DNA of 64,000 bases from an uncultured delta proteobacterium (GCA_963812015.1 CAWETI010000003.1:1696001-1760000), one strand, 5' to 3'; shown: positions 20,936 to 31,184, numbered from the stretch's first letter. Notes: generated by a model from the sequence alone, not told the origin. A program made the numbers and translations.

Positions 20936-21484
20936 TTAGATTGCATAATAATAATAATATCTAATAATATTAACTTCTTTCGATATCTTAGGTAAATACC
21001 CAAAATACGAGAAGATTAAAGAACTAATCCAAAAGAGCACAAATAAGATTGGTAATAAAATTATCATTAAACTTACAGATGGTTTAATTAAAATCAATTT
21101 ATCGGAAGTTTTTCTTCTAAAATTGCAATGCTCATTGTTTGCCAAACTACGTTTAACATCATTAATGCATAAATCTGTAAGAAAGAAGTTTATTTCGCGG
21201 TTTAATTCAGTATTCAAATTAATTTCTTCACATGTCAGTCGATGTTCCCATCTAGATTGCCAATATTTACTACCATGATTTATTAGAACCCAGAGAATTG
21301 AACTAATTAGCCCAAAAATTGAGATAGTTATTGCATATTTACTATCAGTAACAGAAAATAGCCCAGTTGCAAGAGCAATATTTAAAATCAGAAAATAATT
21401 TGACCGTTGCCAAAATAAATTAATCTCGAAGTTACGAATTTCTAAGGCTATCTTATAAATATCTTTAGATGTGGGTTTTTCCAT
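20936..21484 (-). CDS. AT-rich small membrane protein, resembles the RipA/octameric membrane protein type
   Basis: Very AT-rich; LEIRNFEINLFWQRSNYFL, GSKYWQSRWE, SVS motif and three hydrophobic segments. Family assignment is from memory and unverified. Confidence 0.65.
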   Translation of the reverse strand: MEKPTSKDIYKIALEIRNFEINLFWQRSNYFLILNIALATGLFSVTDSKYAITISIFGLISSILWVLINHGSKYWQSRWEHRLTCEEINLNTELNREINFFLTDLCINDVKRSLANNEHCNFRRKTSDKLILIKPSVSLMIILLPILFVLFWISSLIFSYFGYLPKISKEVNIIRYYYYYAI

Positions 21485-21507
21485 TTTAAATTTATCCCTT
21501 TCTATAT

Positions 21508-21592
21508 AGGCTGTTGAAAACCTAATAATTTAAGGCCCGTAGGGCGGGAAAGCGCAGCGCATCCCGCCTTTAGCAATGTTTTTACGCAGCCT
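21508..21592. mobile_element. MITE-like element (ends AGGCTGTTGAAAA / TTTTACGCAGCCT) with an internal GTAG REP
   Basis: Imperfect terminal inverted repeats enclosing GTAGGGCGGGAAAGCGCAGCGCATCCCGCCT (21539-21569). Confidence 0.55.
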
Positions 21593-21651
21593 TAAAGCCT
21601 ATACATACCAGACTAACCACTGACAACTGGCCACTGACAACTGTCTCCCCC

Positions 21652-22722
21652 TCACTTCGTCCCCACGTCGATATGTTCCCAGTCAGTGTTACGGCCGGGG
21701 TAAGTCCAGGACTGGGGCAGCCGGCAGCCCATCCAACTGGCCGCCTGGTAGACCCACCCCGGCAGTTGCCGGGCGTCGAGTTTATGCATGGCGTCCCGGT
21801 TGTACTGGCGGATAGAGTGGCTGATGGGGTTGGGAACGCCATCCACCACTCCGGGGTAGTTGGAATCATTGAAGTCCATGGCCAGGCCCAGGCGGTGGTT
21901 GGAGCCGGGGGCGTGGCGGCCGTGGTAGATTTCCGCCAGACTTTGATAGTTGCAGATGGCCACGGTGGCCGTCAGGGAGTCCCCGTCGCTATCGGGAAAA
22001 CTCAGACACTCTGCGGTTACCGGGCCCGAGGCGGCGCCTACCGCGTAGGTATCTTCCCCCATCCGCAGCGACAAGAGGGGCACCCGCCGGGACGGATCGT
22101 ACCAGCCTTCCCGGAAAATAAATTCTATCAGCAGCGCCGCCAAGGGTGCGAATTTGCTGTTGACCTCCACCTGGATCGTCGCCGGGCGGTAGTTCGCCTT
22201 ATCGTTGACCTCACGCATGGTCCGCACGAACCAGACGTAACCCGAGGGCCGGGGTGAAGCCAGGGCCACGGCCTGCCACTTCTTTTCAAAACCGCTGTAG
22301 GTCTTGAGGCGCTGGGCCCGCTCCGGCACCCACACGGGAACTTCCAGGGTCACCCCCACCGGGTCGCCTCCCGGCCAGCGGCGGCGGCGCACGTCTTCCC
22401 AGGAGACTCCCTGCCCCGGGTCCAGCAGGTTCAGGGTTTCATGGCGCAGGCCCACCAGCCGGCCCACCCCCAGGAGTTGCTTGGCCAGGGTAATTTTTTG
22501 AAGAAAATCCTGCTCCCGCGCGGCCTGGGACATGCCCGGCGTATAGCTCAAGGCCACCTGACGCAAAATCCTGGCCGTTTGGGGGGCCTGGGAAGCCTCC
22601 AGGATGCGGGGGTGAGGCGGGAGGAAGGTGCGGCTGGACTCGGCGCCCAGGGCTCCGGCCGACCAGGCCGCCGTGAGACAGAACGCCAGGACCAGTGCCG
22701 CCAAGGCGGACCAGGATCGCAT
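21652..22722 (-). CDS. Secreted protein with a peptidase M15-like Zn-binding motif
   Basis: Signal peptide from MRSWSAL; C-terminal SNHRLGLAMD (SxHxxGxAxD) and DWEH. The longer ORF start lies inside a repeat. Confidence 0.6.
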   Translation of the reverse strand: MRSWSALAALVLAFCLTAAWSAGALGAESSRTFLPPHPRILEASQAPQTARILRQVALSYTPGMSQAAREQDFLQKITLAKQLLGVGRLVGLRHETLNLLDPGQGVSWEDVRRRRWPGGDPVGVTLEVPVWVPERAQRLKTYSGFEKKWQAVALASPRPSGYVWFVRTMREVNDKANYRPATIQVEVNSKFAPLAALLIEFIFREGWYDPSRRVPLLSLRMGEDTYAVGAASGPVTAECLSFPDSDGDSLTATVAICNYQSLAEIYHGRHAPGSNHRLGLAMDFNDSNYPGVVDGVPNPISHSIRQYNRDAMHKLDARQLPGWVYQAASWMGCRLPQSWTYPGRNTDWEHIDVGTK

Positions 22723-22765
22723 GGGTATAATTGTATGTGAGCCGGGGAGGGGAGTCAATGTCGGA

Positions 22766-22804
22766 AAGTCCCCCTTTGAAAAAGGGGGATTAAGGGGGAT
22801 TTTC
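22766..22804. repeat. Dispersed palindromic repeat TCCCCCTTTGAAAAAGGGGGATTAAGGGGGATTTT
   Basis: Near-identical copy at 28843-28882. Confidence 0.8.
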
Positions 22805-22895
22805 ATTCAGGTTATAATAATCTGATACAATCCATTTTGCGCTCCGAGTAATAAGGAGTCTAAGGGATTTTTGATAAGCCCAGGGGCGGGTGCTT

Positions 22896-22929
22896 CTAGT
22901 ATTGCGTCCCAGATATATCTTTCCAAAAA
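22896..22929. repeat. Dispersed 34-bp repeat, probable orphan IS/MITE end
   Basis: CTAGTATTGCGTCCCAGATATATCTTTCCAAAAA; copy CTAGTGTTGCGTCCCAGATATATCTTGCAAAAA at 54036-54068. Confidence 0.65.
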
Positions 22930-22933
22930 CCAC

Positions 22934-24124
22934 CTACTCCACCTCCAAAATCAGGCACTTCAGATAAAGGCTCTCCGGCAGGGATAAGAGCGCCGGGTGG
23001 TCTTTGGCCGCGCCCCGGCGCTCCACCAGGCGGGCCTGGCGATGGGCGTCGGCCGCGGCCTCCCGCACGATGGCCAGAAACTCGGGCTCGCTCAGGTTAT
23101 ACGAACAGGAGCAGGTGATCAAAACGCCCCCGGGGTTCAAGAGTTGCAAGGCCCGGCGGTTAATCTCCTTATACCCTTTGTATGCCGCGTCCCGGTCCCG
23201 GCGGCTCTTGGCGAAGGCCGGCGGGTCCAGAGAGATGCAATCGAAGTGCCGGCCCTCAGCCACCGCCTCCTTCAGAAAGGTAAAGACGTTGGCCTTGACC
23301 AGATCCAGGTGGTCAAAACCGTTGAGGCCGGCGTTATCTTTGGCTATGGCCAGGGCCGGGCCCGAGCTTTCCACCAGGGTGACCCGCTGGGCCCCGGGGG
23401 CCAGGTGCATGGCAAACGCCCCCTGGTAAGCGAAGGCGTCCAGGACTTCCCCCCGGGAGAAGGGCGCCGCGGCCAGCCGGTTTTCCCGCTGATCCAAAAA
23501 CAGCCCGGTTTTCTGGCCGCCCCGGATATCCACCCACAGCCTGACAAGACCTTCCCGGACTTCCACCCGGGGCGGCAGTTCCCCGTGAACGGTCCTGACC
23601 TCCAGGGGCAGTCCTTCCTGGTGCCTCACTTCGGCATCGTGGCGCAGGGTCAGGGAGATGGGGGTGGTGTGGCGCACCAGGATCTCGATAATCTCTGGCA
23701 ACCGCCGCTCCATGCCGGCATGCAGGGTCTGAAGGACCAGGTGTCCGGCATAAGAGTCCACCACCAGCCCCGGAAACCCGTCCGCTTCCCCGTAGATCAG
23801 GCGGTAGGCATCGGTGCCGGCCACCACCCGCCCCCGGTATGACAGGGCCTGCTTCAGGCGGTTTTCCCAAAAAGCGCCATCCACGGGTTCATCACCTAAG
23901 GTCACAAAGCGCAGGGCGATGCGGGAAGTGGCGCTGTAAAAGGCCTGCCCCAGAAACCGGCCTGCCGGGTCGGCCACGGCCACCAATTCACCCGGGGGAA
24001 ATTTCGGCTGGCCTTCCAGGTCATTGCGGTAGACCCAGGGGTGCCCGGTGCGACGCCACCTGAGTCCCTTGGCGGTCACCCGGACCACCGGCAGAGAGTT
24101 CGCGTTGTGCTTTCCGTTGGTCAT
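22934..24124 (-). CDS. rlmI: RlmI-family SAM-dependent rRNA methyltransferase
   Basis: PUA-like GHPWVY, YRLIYGEADGFPGLVVD, GQKTGLFLDQREN, LDPPAFAK, ESLYLK. Confidence 0.85.
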   Translation of the reverse strand: MTNGKHNANSLPVVRVTAKGLRWRRTGHPWVYRNDLEGQPKFPPGELVAVADPAGRFLGQAFYSATSRIALRFVTLGDEPVDGAFWENRLKQALSYRGRVVAGTDAYRLIYGEADGFPGLVVDSYAGHLVLQTLHAGMERRLPEIIEILVRHTTPISLTLRHDAEVRHQEGLPLEVRTVHGELPPRVEVREGLVRLWVDIRGGQKTGLFLDQRENRLAAAPFSRGEVLDAFAYQGAFAMHLAPGAQRVTLVESSGPALAIAKDNAGLNGFDHLDLVKANVFTFLKEAVAEGRHFDCISLDPPAFAKSRRDRDAAYKGYKEINRRALQLLNPGGVLITCSCSYNLSEPEFLAIVREAAADAHRQARLVERRGAAKDHPALLSLPESLYLKCLILEVE

Positions 24125-24206
24125 GGCACCTCCCGGTGCGCAGGGATAACCTGTTGAATAAGCATGGGTTTAAGAATAAAGCCCGGCAGGGCAGGGGAGG
24201 CGGAGG

Positions 24207-24620
24207 TCATGTGCCTTCGTCCCCTCTCGTGTCTAAAGATTGCCAACGCCGCAGTGCCTGTTCCTCGGCGAATTTTCTCCGGATGAACCTGGCGGCGAAA
24301 TCGGCGTGCCCGAAATAAGCGGGCGCCAGGGTCAGAATCCGGTCCTGCATGTCCTTCAGGAGTCCCGGCGCCTCAGGCGCGGCAATAAAGTTGCGTTCTT
24401 CCCTTTGGGAAAAAGTAATTTCCTCTCCCAGGACCCCCACAACCTGGGGAGCCTGGGCTTTTAAGTCCGCCGGCAGGGTATCGGCCCAGACGGGAATGAC
24501 TACCCTGGTCTCCAGCAGGACGTACCAGCGGTCTCCGGCCACGGGCCGGGAGTGGTCCCAAAATTCCAGGGTGAGGCCGTTGTCCAAAGGATGCCGCGCA
24601 ATCAATCGTGCCGAGTTCAT
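24207..24620 (-). CDS. Hypothetical protein
   Basis: Genome-like codon usage, GGAG RBS; LDNGLTLEFWDHSRPVAGDRW...ERNFI...YFGHADFA. Confidence 0.7.
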   Translation of the reverse strand: MNSARLIARHPLDNGLTLEFWDHSRPVAGDRWYVLLETRVVIPVWADTLPADLKAQAPQVVGVLGEEITFSQREERNFIAAPEAPGLLKDMQDRILTLAPAYFGHADFAARFIRRKFAEEQALRRWQSLDTRGDEGT

Positions 24621-24722
24621 CACCATAACTCCGTAAGTGTTCATTGTGATACAATCCTACGCCTAATTAGGGTATAGTATAACTATCTCCGAGCAATAGC
24701 AAAACTAGAGAAAAGGTATACC

Positions 24723-25301
24723 ATGCGGCGCAAAACCTGGATAATCGCGGTGGCTATCCTGGTCCTGGGCGGGGCCCTGGGCGGTGGCCTTTATTGGCGC
24801 TGGGCCAACTCGCCCCGCTACGCCTTGCAGCAGGCGGCCCTGGCCCTCCAGACCCGAAACATGGATAAATTCTTCAACTATTTGAATTTACTGGCGATTT
24901 TTAATAATTTCATCGAAGTTTCCAGCAAGGACCTGGATACCCCGGAAGACCCCAAGGCCGATGAATGGACCAGGTATTCCCGGCGCATGGGGCGCAAGTT
25001 TGCCCATCTTTTCCTGCCCAAATTGTTCCAATCCTTCGAGACCCAGATACGGGCCGCGGTGGAGCACTACCTGCTCAATCTGGACAACGCTCAGGTCCTG
25101 GGGGTCGCCGCGGCCGTAACCGTGGCCCAGATCGACACCCAGGGGGATGAGGCCCAGGTAACCTTAACAGACCCGAAAACCAAAGAAACTTTGCGTTTTC
25201 ACATGCGCCGCCAACCGAACCGGGGCGTTTGGCAGATCGTGTCGGTCAATTATGAAGATTTAAAAAGGTTCTGTAAGCGAGAGTTCCACCCTAAACCATA
25301 A
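24723..25301 (+). CDS. Membrane-anchored protein, DUF2939-like
   Basis: N-terminal TM followed by SPRYALQQ...DKFFNYLNL; C-terminal WQIVSV. Confidence 0.65.
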   Translation: MRRKTWIIAVAILVLGGALGGGLYWRWANSPRYALQQAALALQTRNMDKFFNYLNLLAIFNNFIEVSSKDLDTPEDPKADEWTRYSRRMGRKFAHLFLPKLFQSFETQIRAAVEHYLLNLDNAQVLGVAAAVTVAQIDTQGDEAQVTLTDPKTKETLRFHMRRQPNRGVWQIVSVNYEDLKRFCKREFHPKP

Positions 25302-25328
25302 CGTCTGATAATATATATTATGTCAACT
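25301..25328. other. dif-like XerCD recombination site
   Basis: ACGTCTGATAA-TATATA-TTATGTCAACT has the 11-6-11 layout of E. coli dif GGTGCGCATAA-TGTATA-TTATGTTAAAT; intergenic. Confidence 0.8.
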
Positions 25329-25333
25329 AAGAT

Positions 25334-25801
25334 ATGGTGACCGAAGAAAAGTGCCCCCAGTGCGGCTATGTGGCCCTAAGACACCTCAATCCGGTGCCCA
25401 CCGTGGATATCATTATCGAATACCGGGATCAGGGCCTGGTGCTGATCGAACGGGCCAACCCGCCGCATGGCTGGGCGCTACCCGGGGGGTTCGTGGATTA
25501 CGGTGAATCCCTGGAGGACGCCGCGCTCCGGGAGGCCCGGGAGGAAACGGGGCTGACGGTGACCCTCCTGGGGCAGTTCCACACGTATTCTGACCCCCAC
25601 CGTGACCCCCGGCAACATACCATTACCACCGTGTATGTGGCCCAGGGTTTCGGCACGCCCAAGGCCGCCGACGACGCCCGCCGCCTGGCCATCTTTGCCC
25701 CGGAACAGTTGCCCCAGGTCCTGGCCTTTGACCATAAGCTTATCCTATCGGAATACCTCAAAGTTCGGCCGCAGTGGCTAATTAAACTTAAGAAGCTTTA
25801 A
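25334..25801 (+). CDS. NUDIX hydrolase
   Basis: Nudix box [38 protein letters not shown]. Confidence 0.95.
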   Translation: MVTEEKCPQCGYVALRHLNPVPTVDIIIEYRDQGLVLIERANPPHGWALPGGFVDYGESLEDAALREAREETGLTVTLLGQFHTYSDPHRDPRQHTITTVYVAQGFGTPKAADDARRLAIFAPEQLPQVLAFDHKLILSEYLKVRPQWLIKLKKL

Positions 25802-25806
25802 TAGAT

Positions 25807-27126
25807 ATGGTTGCTAACACGTTATTATTCCTTTATAAATTAGTCAGCAGCATGGCCGGCCTGGTGGGCTGGCCGTATTTCTACTGGCATCTGAAGTCCC
25901 GGGGTCAGGGGGAAAGTTTCTGGCCCCGCCTGGGTGTGCAACTGCCGGGAAAGCCGCCTCCGGGCGCGCCGCGCCTGTGGCTCCACGGCGTCTCGGTGGG
26001 AGAAATTCAGGCCGCCATCCCCCTGGTCCGGGAACTCCAATCCCTCTTGCCCCAGGCGGCTTTCATCGTCACCACCGGCACCGAAACCGGTCAAATGCTC
26101 GCCCGAAAACACTTTGCCCCCCTGGGCGCCACAGTGGGCTATTTTCCCCTGGACTTTCCCTGGGCGGTCCGGCGTTATCTGGATCACCTGCGCCCCCAGG
26201 TGTTTATCGGCCTGGAATCGGAGATCTGGCCGAATTTCCTTAGTATGGCGCACCAACGGGGGGTCCGCCTGGCCTTGGTCAATGGACGTCTCTCGGATAA
26301 TTCCTTAAGAATGTTTCTTAAATATAGTCGTTATCTTTATAATATATTTAATCTATTTGATCTAGTGGCTGCCGGATCGCTCCCCGATTTTCACCGGTTT
26401 CAGCGCCTGGGAATTTCGCCGGACCGCTTGCATCTCACCGGCAACCTCAAGTACGACCGGCTGCTCCAGGGCAAAGATGATGCCCGGCTTCAGGATTTCC
26501 GCGGCTTTCTGCATAATCCCCTAGTGGGGACCGAACCTCCGGTGTGGCTGGCGGCATCCACCCACCCGGGGGAAGATGAAGTGGTGGTGGGCGCCTTTCA
26601 GGAACTTTTAGGCCCCTACCCTGCTCTGACCCTCATCCTGGCCCCCCGGCATCCCCAACGCGCCCCGGACCTGGCGACGCTCCTTTCCCGGCGCGGGCTC
26701 CCCTGCCAGTTGTGGACCCGCCTCAAGTCCGGCCAGGAGACCCGGCGCCACCCGGTGGTGATCATCGACACCATCGGCGACCTCTTCACCCTGTACGGCC
26801 TGGCCGACGTCACCTTTGTGGGCGGCAGCCTCGTGCCCCATGGGGGCCAGAATATTCTGGAGCCCGCGGGATGGGGCCGCACGCCCATCTACGGCCCTCA
26901 TCTCGAAAACTTTCTCTGGGCCAAGGCTATCCTGGAAGAAGTCGGCGCCGGGATCATGGTCAACGACGCCGCCACCCTGGCCATAGCCGTCCGTCATCTC
27001 CTGGACCATCCCGACCTCAGGGACGACCTGGGCCGGCGGGCCCAGGCGGCCTTGACCCCTCACCAGGGCGCCTCCCGCCGCCAGGCGGAGTTGATCGCCG
27101 ACCTGGCGGGGAGAGTGGCGGGCTAG
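25807..27126 (+). CDS. waaA: 3-deoxy-D-manno-octulosonic acid transferase
   Basis: WLHGVSVGE, ESEIWPN, NGRLS, GNLKYD, ASTHPGE, APRHPQR, GGSLVPHGGQNILEP. Confidence 0.95.
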   Translation: MVANTLLFLYKLVSSMAGLVGWPYFYWHLKSRGQGESFWPRLGVQLPGKPPPGAPRLWLHGVSVGEIQAAIPLVRELQSLLPQAAFIVTTGTETGQMLARKHFAPLGATVGYFPLDFPWAVRRYLDHLRPQVFIGLESEIWPNFLSMAHQRGVRLALVNGRLSDNSLRMFLKYSRYLYNIFNLFDLVAAGSLPDFHRFQRLGISPDRLHLTGNLKYDRLLQGKDDARLQDFRGFLHNPLVGTEPPVWLAASTHPGEDEVVVGAFQELLGPYPALTLILAPRHPQRAPDLATLLSRRGLPCQLWTRLKSGQETRRHPVVIIDTIGDLFTLYGLADVTFVGGSLVPHGGQNILEPAGWGRTPIYGPHLENFLWAKAILEEVGAGIMVNDAATLAIAVRHLLDHPDLRDDLGRRAQAALTPHQGASRRQAELIADLAGRVAG

Positions 27127-27540
27127 GGACAGTTTGTTATATCGCCAGGAGGCCAAAAACCAGCCCTGAAGACCTGAAAAGCCGGATGCGCGGGAAAACG
27201 CCGGGGCCTGCCTGTCAAGACCCAAGGGTCAACCCTTGGTTGCCTCAAAATCGCCCCGCCACGGGCGTTACATGCAGCCGGTTTTTTCTCTCCGCATAAC
27301 ATATTATTATTACTATCTAATTAGCAGTTAAACCGAAGGCGGGCGGTCTGACCGCTCTTTTGACTCCCAAATAGCCTCCCCGTGGCGCAACTAAGGCCCT
27401 GAACCCCAGGAGGGCCCCCCTTATGAAAATATGAAAAAAATGAAAAAATGAAAAACGCCAAACCCAAAAACAATAAATATCCGCCCCGGCGCCTAGCTAT
27501 GGTATATTTAAAGGAAAACTATGGAAGTTCGAGGTAGGCC

Positions 27541-28671
27541 TTGAAAGCGTTACTGGCTTTGGAAGATGGTTTGGTTTTATGGGGCCGGTCTTTCACCGGC
27601 GCCGGCGAGTGCCGCGGCGAGGTGGTGTTCAATACCGCCATGACCGGTTATCAGGAAATTCTCACCGACCCTTCCTACCGGGGGCAGATCGTCACCATGA
27701 CCTATCCCCTCATGGGCAATTACGGGGTCAATCCCGAGGACCTGGAATCCCGGGGCATCCAGGTGGAAGGCTTTATTGTCAAGGAGTACCACCCCTACCC
27801 TTCTAACTGGCGCTCGGCGGGCAATCTGGCGGATTATCTCAAGGCCTCCGGCCGCCTGGGGGTCGAGGGCCTGGACACCCGGGCCCTGACCAAGCGCCTC
27901 CGGGAGGTGGGGGCCATGCGGGGGATTATCTCCACCCGGGACCTCGACCCCGTGTCCCTGGTGCGCCGGGCCCAAGCACTGCCCAGCATGGAGGGCCAGG
28001 ACCTGGTCCCCCTGGTGACCTGCCCCCGACCCTACTGGTGGCCCGGGGGGCCGGCGGCGGAGAGCGCCGCACCCGAGGACCTGGCGACCCTCTGGGCCCA
28101 AAAGTCCGGCAAGAAAGTGGTCCTCTATGATTATGGAGTAAAGTTCAATATTATCAGAAGCTTAATCCAGCGGGGCCTGGAAGTCCTGGTGGTGCCCGCC
28201 ACCACCCCGGCCGCGGCTATCCTGGCCCTTGAGCCCGACGGCATCGTCCTCAGTAACGGTCCCGGGGACCCCGCCGCGGTTACTTACGGCATCGACAACG
28301 TGCGCCAGTGTCTGGGGGCTCAGCCCATGTTCGGCATCTGCCTGGGGCACCAGCTCATGGGGCTGGCCCTGGGGGGCCGGACCTTCAAGCTCAAGTTCGG
28401 GCACCGGGGGGCCAACCAGCCGGTTAAAAATAAACTTTCCGGCCGGGTGGAGATCACCTCCCAGAATCACGGCTTTGCCGTGGACCTGGAATCCATCCCC
28501 GACCCGGCGGTGGAGCTGACCCATGTCAACCTCAACGACGGCACCTTAGAGGGTTTGCGCCATCCTCAGCTCCGGGCCTTTTCGGTCCAGTACCACCCCG
28601 AGGCCTCCCCAGGCCCCCATGACGCCGATTATCTGTTCGAGGAATTCTTGCAGATGGTGGAGAAGGCGTAA
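27541..28671 (+). CDS. carA: Carbamoyl-phosphate synthase small subunit
   Basis: [45 protein letters not shown] start after GAGG. Confidence 0.98.
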   Translation: MKALLALEDGLVLWGRSFTGAGECRGEVVFNTAMTGYQEILTDPSYRGQIVTMTYPLMGNYGVNPEDLESRGIQVEGFIVKEYHPYPSNWRSAGNLADYLKASGRLGVEGLDTRALTKRLREVGAMRGIISTRDLDPVSLVRRAQALPSMEGQDLVPLVTCPRPYWWPGGPAAESAAPEDLATLWAQKSGKKVVLYDYGVKFNIIRSLIQRGLEVLVVPATTPAAAILALEPDGIVLSNGPGDPAAVTYGIDNVRQCLGAQPMFGICLGHQLMGLALGGRTFKLKFGHRGANQPVKNKLSGRVEITSQNHGFAVDLESIPDPAVELTHVNLNDGTLEGLRHPQLRAFSVQYHPEASPGPHDADYLFEEFLQMVEKA

Positions 28672-28842
28672 ACGCACCGGACGGCCTTGGTCGCGTTTGT
28701 GGGGGCGGTTCGCGACACGTTTGGTCTGGGTAATCTGCGTGACTGCCCCGGCCCGGTAGGAAGCCGAACTTGACTTGATAGTGGAGTGTTTCGCCGTTAC
28801 CTTGATATAAAATCAGGCCGGAAAGAATGGCTTGGGAACCTT

Positions 28843-28882
28843 AAGTCCCCCTTTGAAAAATGGGGATTTAGGGGGATTTTCA
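28843..28882. repeat. Second copy of the TCCCCCTTTGAAAAA..GGGGAT repeat
   Basis: Matches 22766-22804. Confidence 0.8.
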
Positions 28883-28986
28883 ACATGTTGTCTTGAATTT
28901 TCCCCTGCCTCCCCTTGAGAAAGTGAGAAAAGAGGGGGGAAGGATCAGGTCTACGACGCCATATTCTCTTTAAAACGCCACAAGAG

Positions 28987-30219
28987 ATGAGAAAGCCCGT
29001 CGTCATCATCGCCATCATCCTGGTGGCCCTGGGCCTTGGGGCGGCGGCGTACTATTGGCAAAACTTACGGGGGGCCGGGCCCGCCATCCTTCGCCCGCCT
29101 GGGGATATCGTCAAGCTCCTGGAGGAAACCCCGGGCCCCGGCGCCGGGAAAGCCATCGATCCGGCCGCCATCCCCTTGAAGCTGCCCAAGGGGTTTACCA
29201 TCTCGGTTTTTGCCGCCCACGTCCCCGGCGCCCGGGTCCTGGCCTTGGACCCCGGGGGCACAATTCTGGTAAGCCTCACTTCCCAGGGCCGGGTGGTGGC
29301 CCTGCCGGATAAGAACGGCGACGGCGGCCCCGATGCCGCGGTGACCGTGCTCGAAGGGCTCCATAAGCCCCACGGCCTGGCCTTCGGCCCTGAAGAACCA
29401 CCTCGGCTCTACGTGGCGGAGACCGATCAGGTGGCGGCCTACGCTTACGATCCGGAGCATTTCACGGCAACGGACAAGCAGAAAATCGCCGACCTGCCGC
29501 CGGGGGGGCGCCATTACACCCGGTCCCTGCTGTTTCTGCCGCCCCCCCGAGAAGATCACTTGTTGATCTCCGTGGGCTCCAGTTGCGACGTCTGCGAGGA
29601 GCAGGACCCCCGGCGAGCCAAGATTTTGGCGGTAGACGTCTGCGACGGCGATCTTTCGACCTTCGCCTCGGGCCTGCGCAACTCGGTGTTCATGGCGCTC
29701 CATCCCGTGACCGGCCACGTCTGGGCCACCGAGATGGGCCGGGACTACCTGGGGGACGACCTGCCGCCGGATGAAATCAACCTCATCCTGGAGGGGAGCC
29801 ATTACGGCTGGCCTTACTGTTATGGCAAGCGCATCCACGACGACCAGTTCGACCCCAGCGGCACCCATCGGGACTTTTGTAGGGACACCATCCCGTCGTT
29901 TATCGACATCCCGGCCCATTCCGCCCCCCTGGGGCTGGCCTTTTTCCCGGCCGAGTGGCCCAAGGAGTTCCGCCATAACCTCCTGGTGGCCTACCACGGC
30001 TCCTGGAACCGCACCGTACCCACGGGCTACAAGGTGGTGCGCTATAAGCTGGATGCCGCCGGCAATTTTGTGGACGTCGAGGACTTCATCACCGGCTGGC
30101 TGACGCCTCAAGGCGCCCTGGGCCGCCCGGTGGATATTCTCATAAGTCCCGACGGCGTCATCTATATTTCCGATGACAAAGCGGGGGTGGTGTATCGGTT
30201 GATATATAAGGAAATGTAG
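28987..30219 (+). CDS. PQQ-dependent sugar/sorbosone dehydrogenase family beta-propeller
   Basis: LKLPKGFTISVFA, GSSCDVC, GLRN, YGWPYC, AHSAPLG, HGSWNR, GRPVD, SDD. Confidence 0.88.
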   Translation: MRKPVVIIAIILVALGLGAAAYYWQNLRGAGPAILRPPGDIVKLLEETPGPGAGKAIDPAAIPLKLPKGFTISVFAAHVPGARVLALDPGGTILVSLTSQGRVVALPDKNGDGGPDAAVTVLEGLHKPHGLAFGPEEPPRLYVAETDQVAAYAYDPEHFTATDKQKIADLPPGGRHYTRSLLFLPPPREDHLLISVGSSCDVCEEQDPRRAKILAVDVCDGDLSTFASGLRNSVFMALHPVTGHVWATEMGRDYLGDDLPPDEINLILEGSHYGWPYCYGKRIHDDQFDPSGTHRDFCRDTIPSFIDIPAHSAPLGLAFFPAEWPKEFRHNLLVAYHGSWNRTVPTGYKVVRYKLDAAGNFVDVEDFITGWLTPQGALGRPVDILISPDGVIYISDDKAGVVYRLIYKEM

Positions 30220-30353
30220 GGTAGCATCGCCTCCCATAGACCGGCAAAATAACTTTGGCAAAAATCCAGGCGGGCCTTGCCCATCCTGCTCCAAATCGGG
30301 GTCTTCACAGATTGCACCGGCATGACGCCTGTGCCACCAGAAGGAGATTTCTC

Positions 30354-31184
30354 ATGCAGCAAAAAATTCGTTTGGCGCTCATTGTGCTGATAGTGGTGGT
30401 GCTGGCGGTCCCCCTCACGGCCGGCGCCGCCGTCGTGGGCCGCTTCACCCTGGTGACCGGGCAGGTTGACCTGCTCAAGGGCGGCAAGATCCCCGGCATA
30501 CCCGCTAAAGTTCAGGACGGGGTGGAAGCCGGCGACATCATCCGCACCAAGGCCAAGGCCAAGGCCCAACTCACCATGGTGGACGACTCCGTCATCACCA
30601 TGGCGCCGGAGTCCCGCCTGGCCCTCGCCGACTATCAGTATGATGCCGCCCGGGGCGAGCGCCGGGCCGTGGTGCGCCTCTTCCGGGGCTTGGTACGCAC
30701 CGTGGTCAACCGCATCATCAAGACCGAAGAGCCGGATTTCATCATGGAGACCCAAACCGCGGTTGTCGGGGTGCGAGGCACCAACTTCTTTACGCTCGTG
30801 GGCCCCAATTCCACCCTTACGGCCCTGTCCTCTGGCGTTTTGTTCGTCACGCCCAAAATCGCCGGCGTCGAAGGTAGACTTTTGTATTCCATGCAATTTA
30901 TCCAGGTGCCCAAACCCTTCCTGCCCCAGGTTTTGACCCCGGAGACCCTGAAAATGCTGGAAAACCTCATGGACACCGGGCTGGGCGGCGGCGGCTTGGG
31001 ATTCGGCGTGCCATCCCCTACCGGCCCCTATGGCCAATTTCCCTTAGGCTTGCCGTTCACCCCGGACCAGAAGATCTTGCAGCAAACGATTCCTCCAGTC
31101 CTCGTGCCTCAGCATCAGATGCCGGCTCCCGTCCAACCGGCGGCGCCAGCCGGACCTTCCTCTGGTCCCTCAAGCTTACCATGA
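30354..31184 (+). CDS. FecR domain-containing secreted protein
   Basis: Signal peptide after AGGAG; GDIIRT...DDSVITMAPES...TQTAVVGVRGTNF; Pro-rich tail. Confidence 0.82.
   Translation: MQQKIRLALIVLIVVVLAVPLTAGAAVVGRFTLVTGQVDLLKGGKIPGIPAKVQDGVEAGDIIRTKAKAKAQLTMVDDSVITMAPESRLALADYQYDAARGERRAVVRLFRGLVRTVVNRIIKTEEPDFIMETQTAVVGVRGTNFFTLVGPNSTLTALSSGVLFVTPKIAGVEGRLLYSMQFIQVPKPFLPQVLTPETLKMLENLMDTGLGGGGLGFGVPSPTGPYGQFPLGLPFTPDQKILQQTIPPVLVPQHQMPAPVQPAAPAGPSSGPSSLP

Noticed and set aside
22723..22806. N-terminal extension MKIPLNPPFSKGDF (also in ORF 28797-29018)
   Set aside because: It is the translation of the dispersed palindromic repeat, not real coding sequence.
27289..27316. Second dif-like site (TCTCCGCATAA-CATATT-ATTATTACTAT) forming a pdif module with 25301
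   Set aside because: The left arm is plausible but the XerD arm is poor, and the enclosed genes include core waaA.
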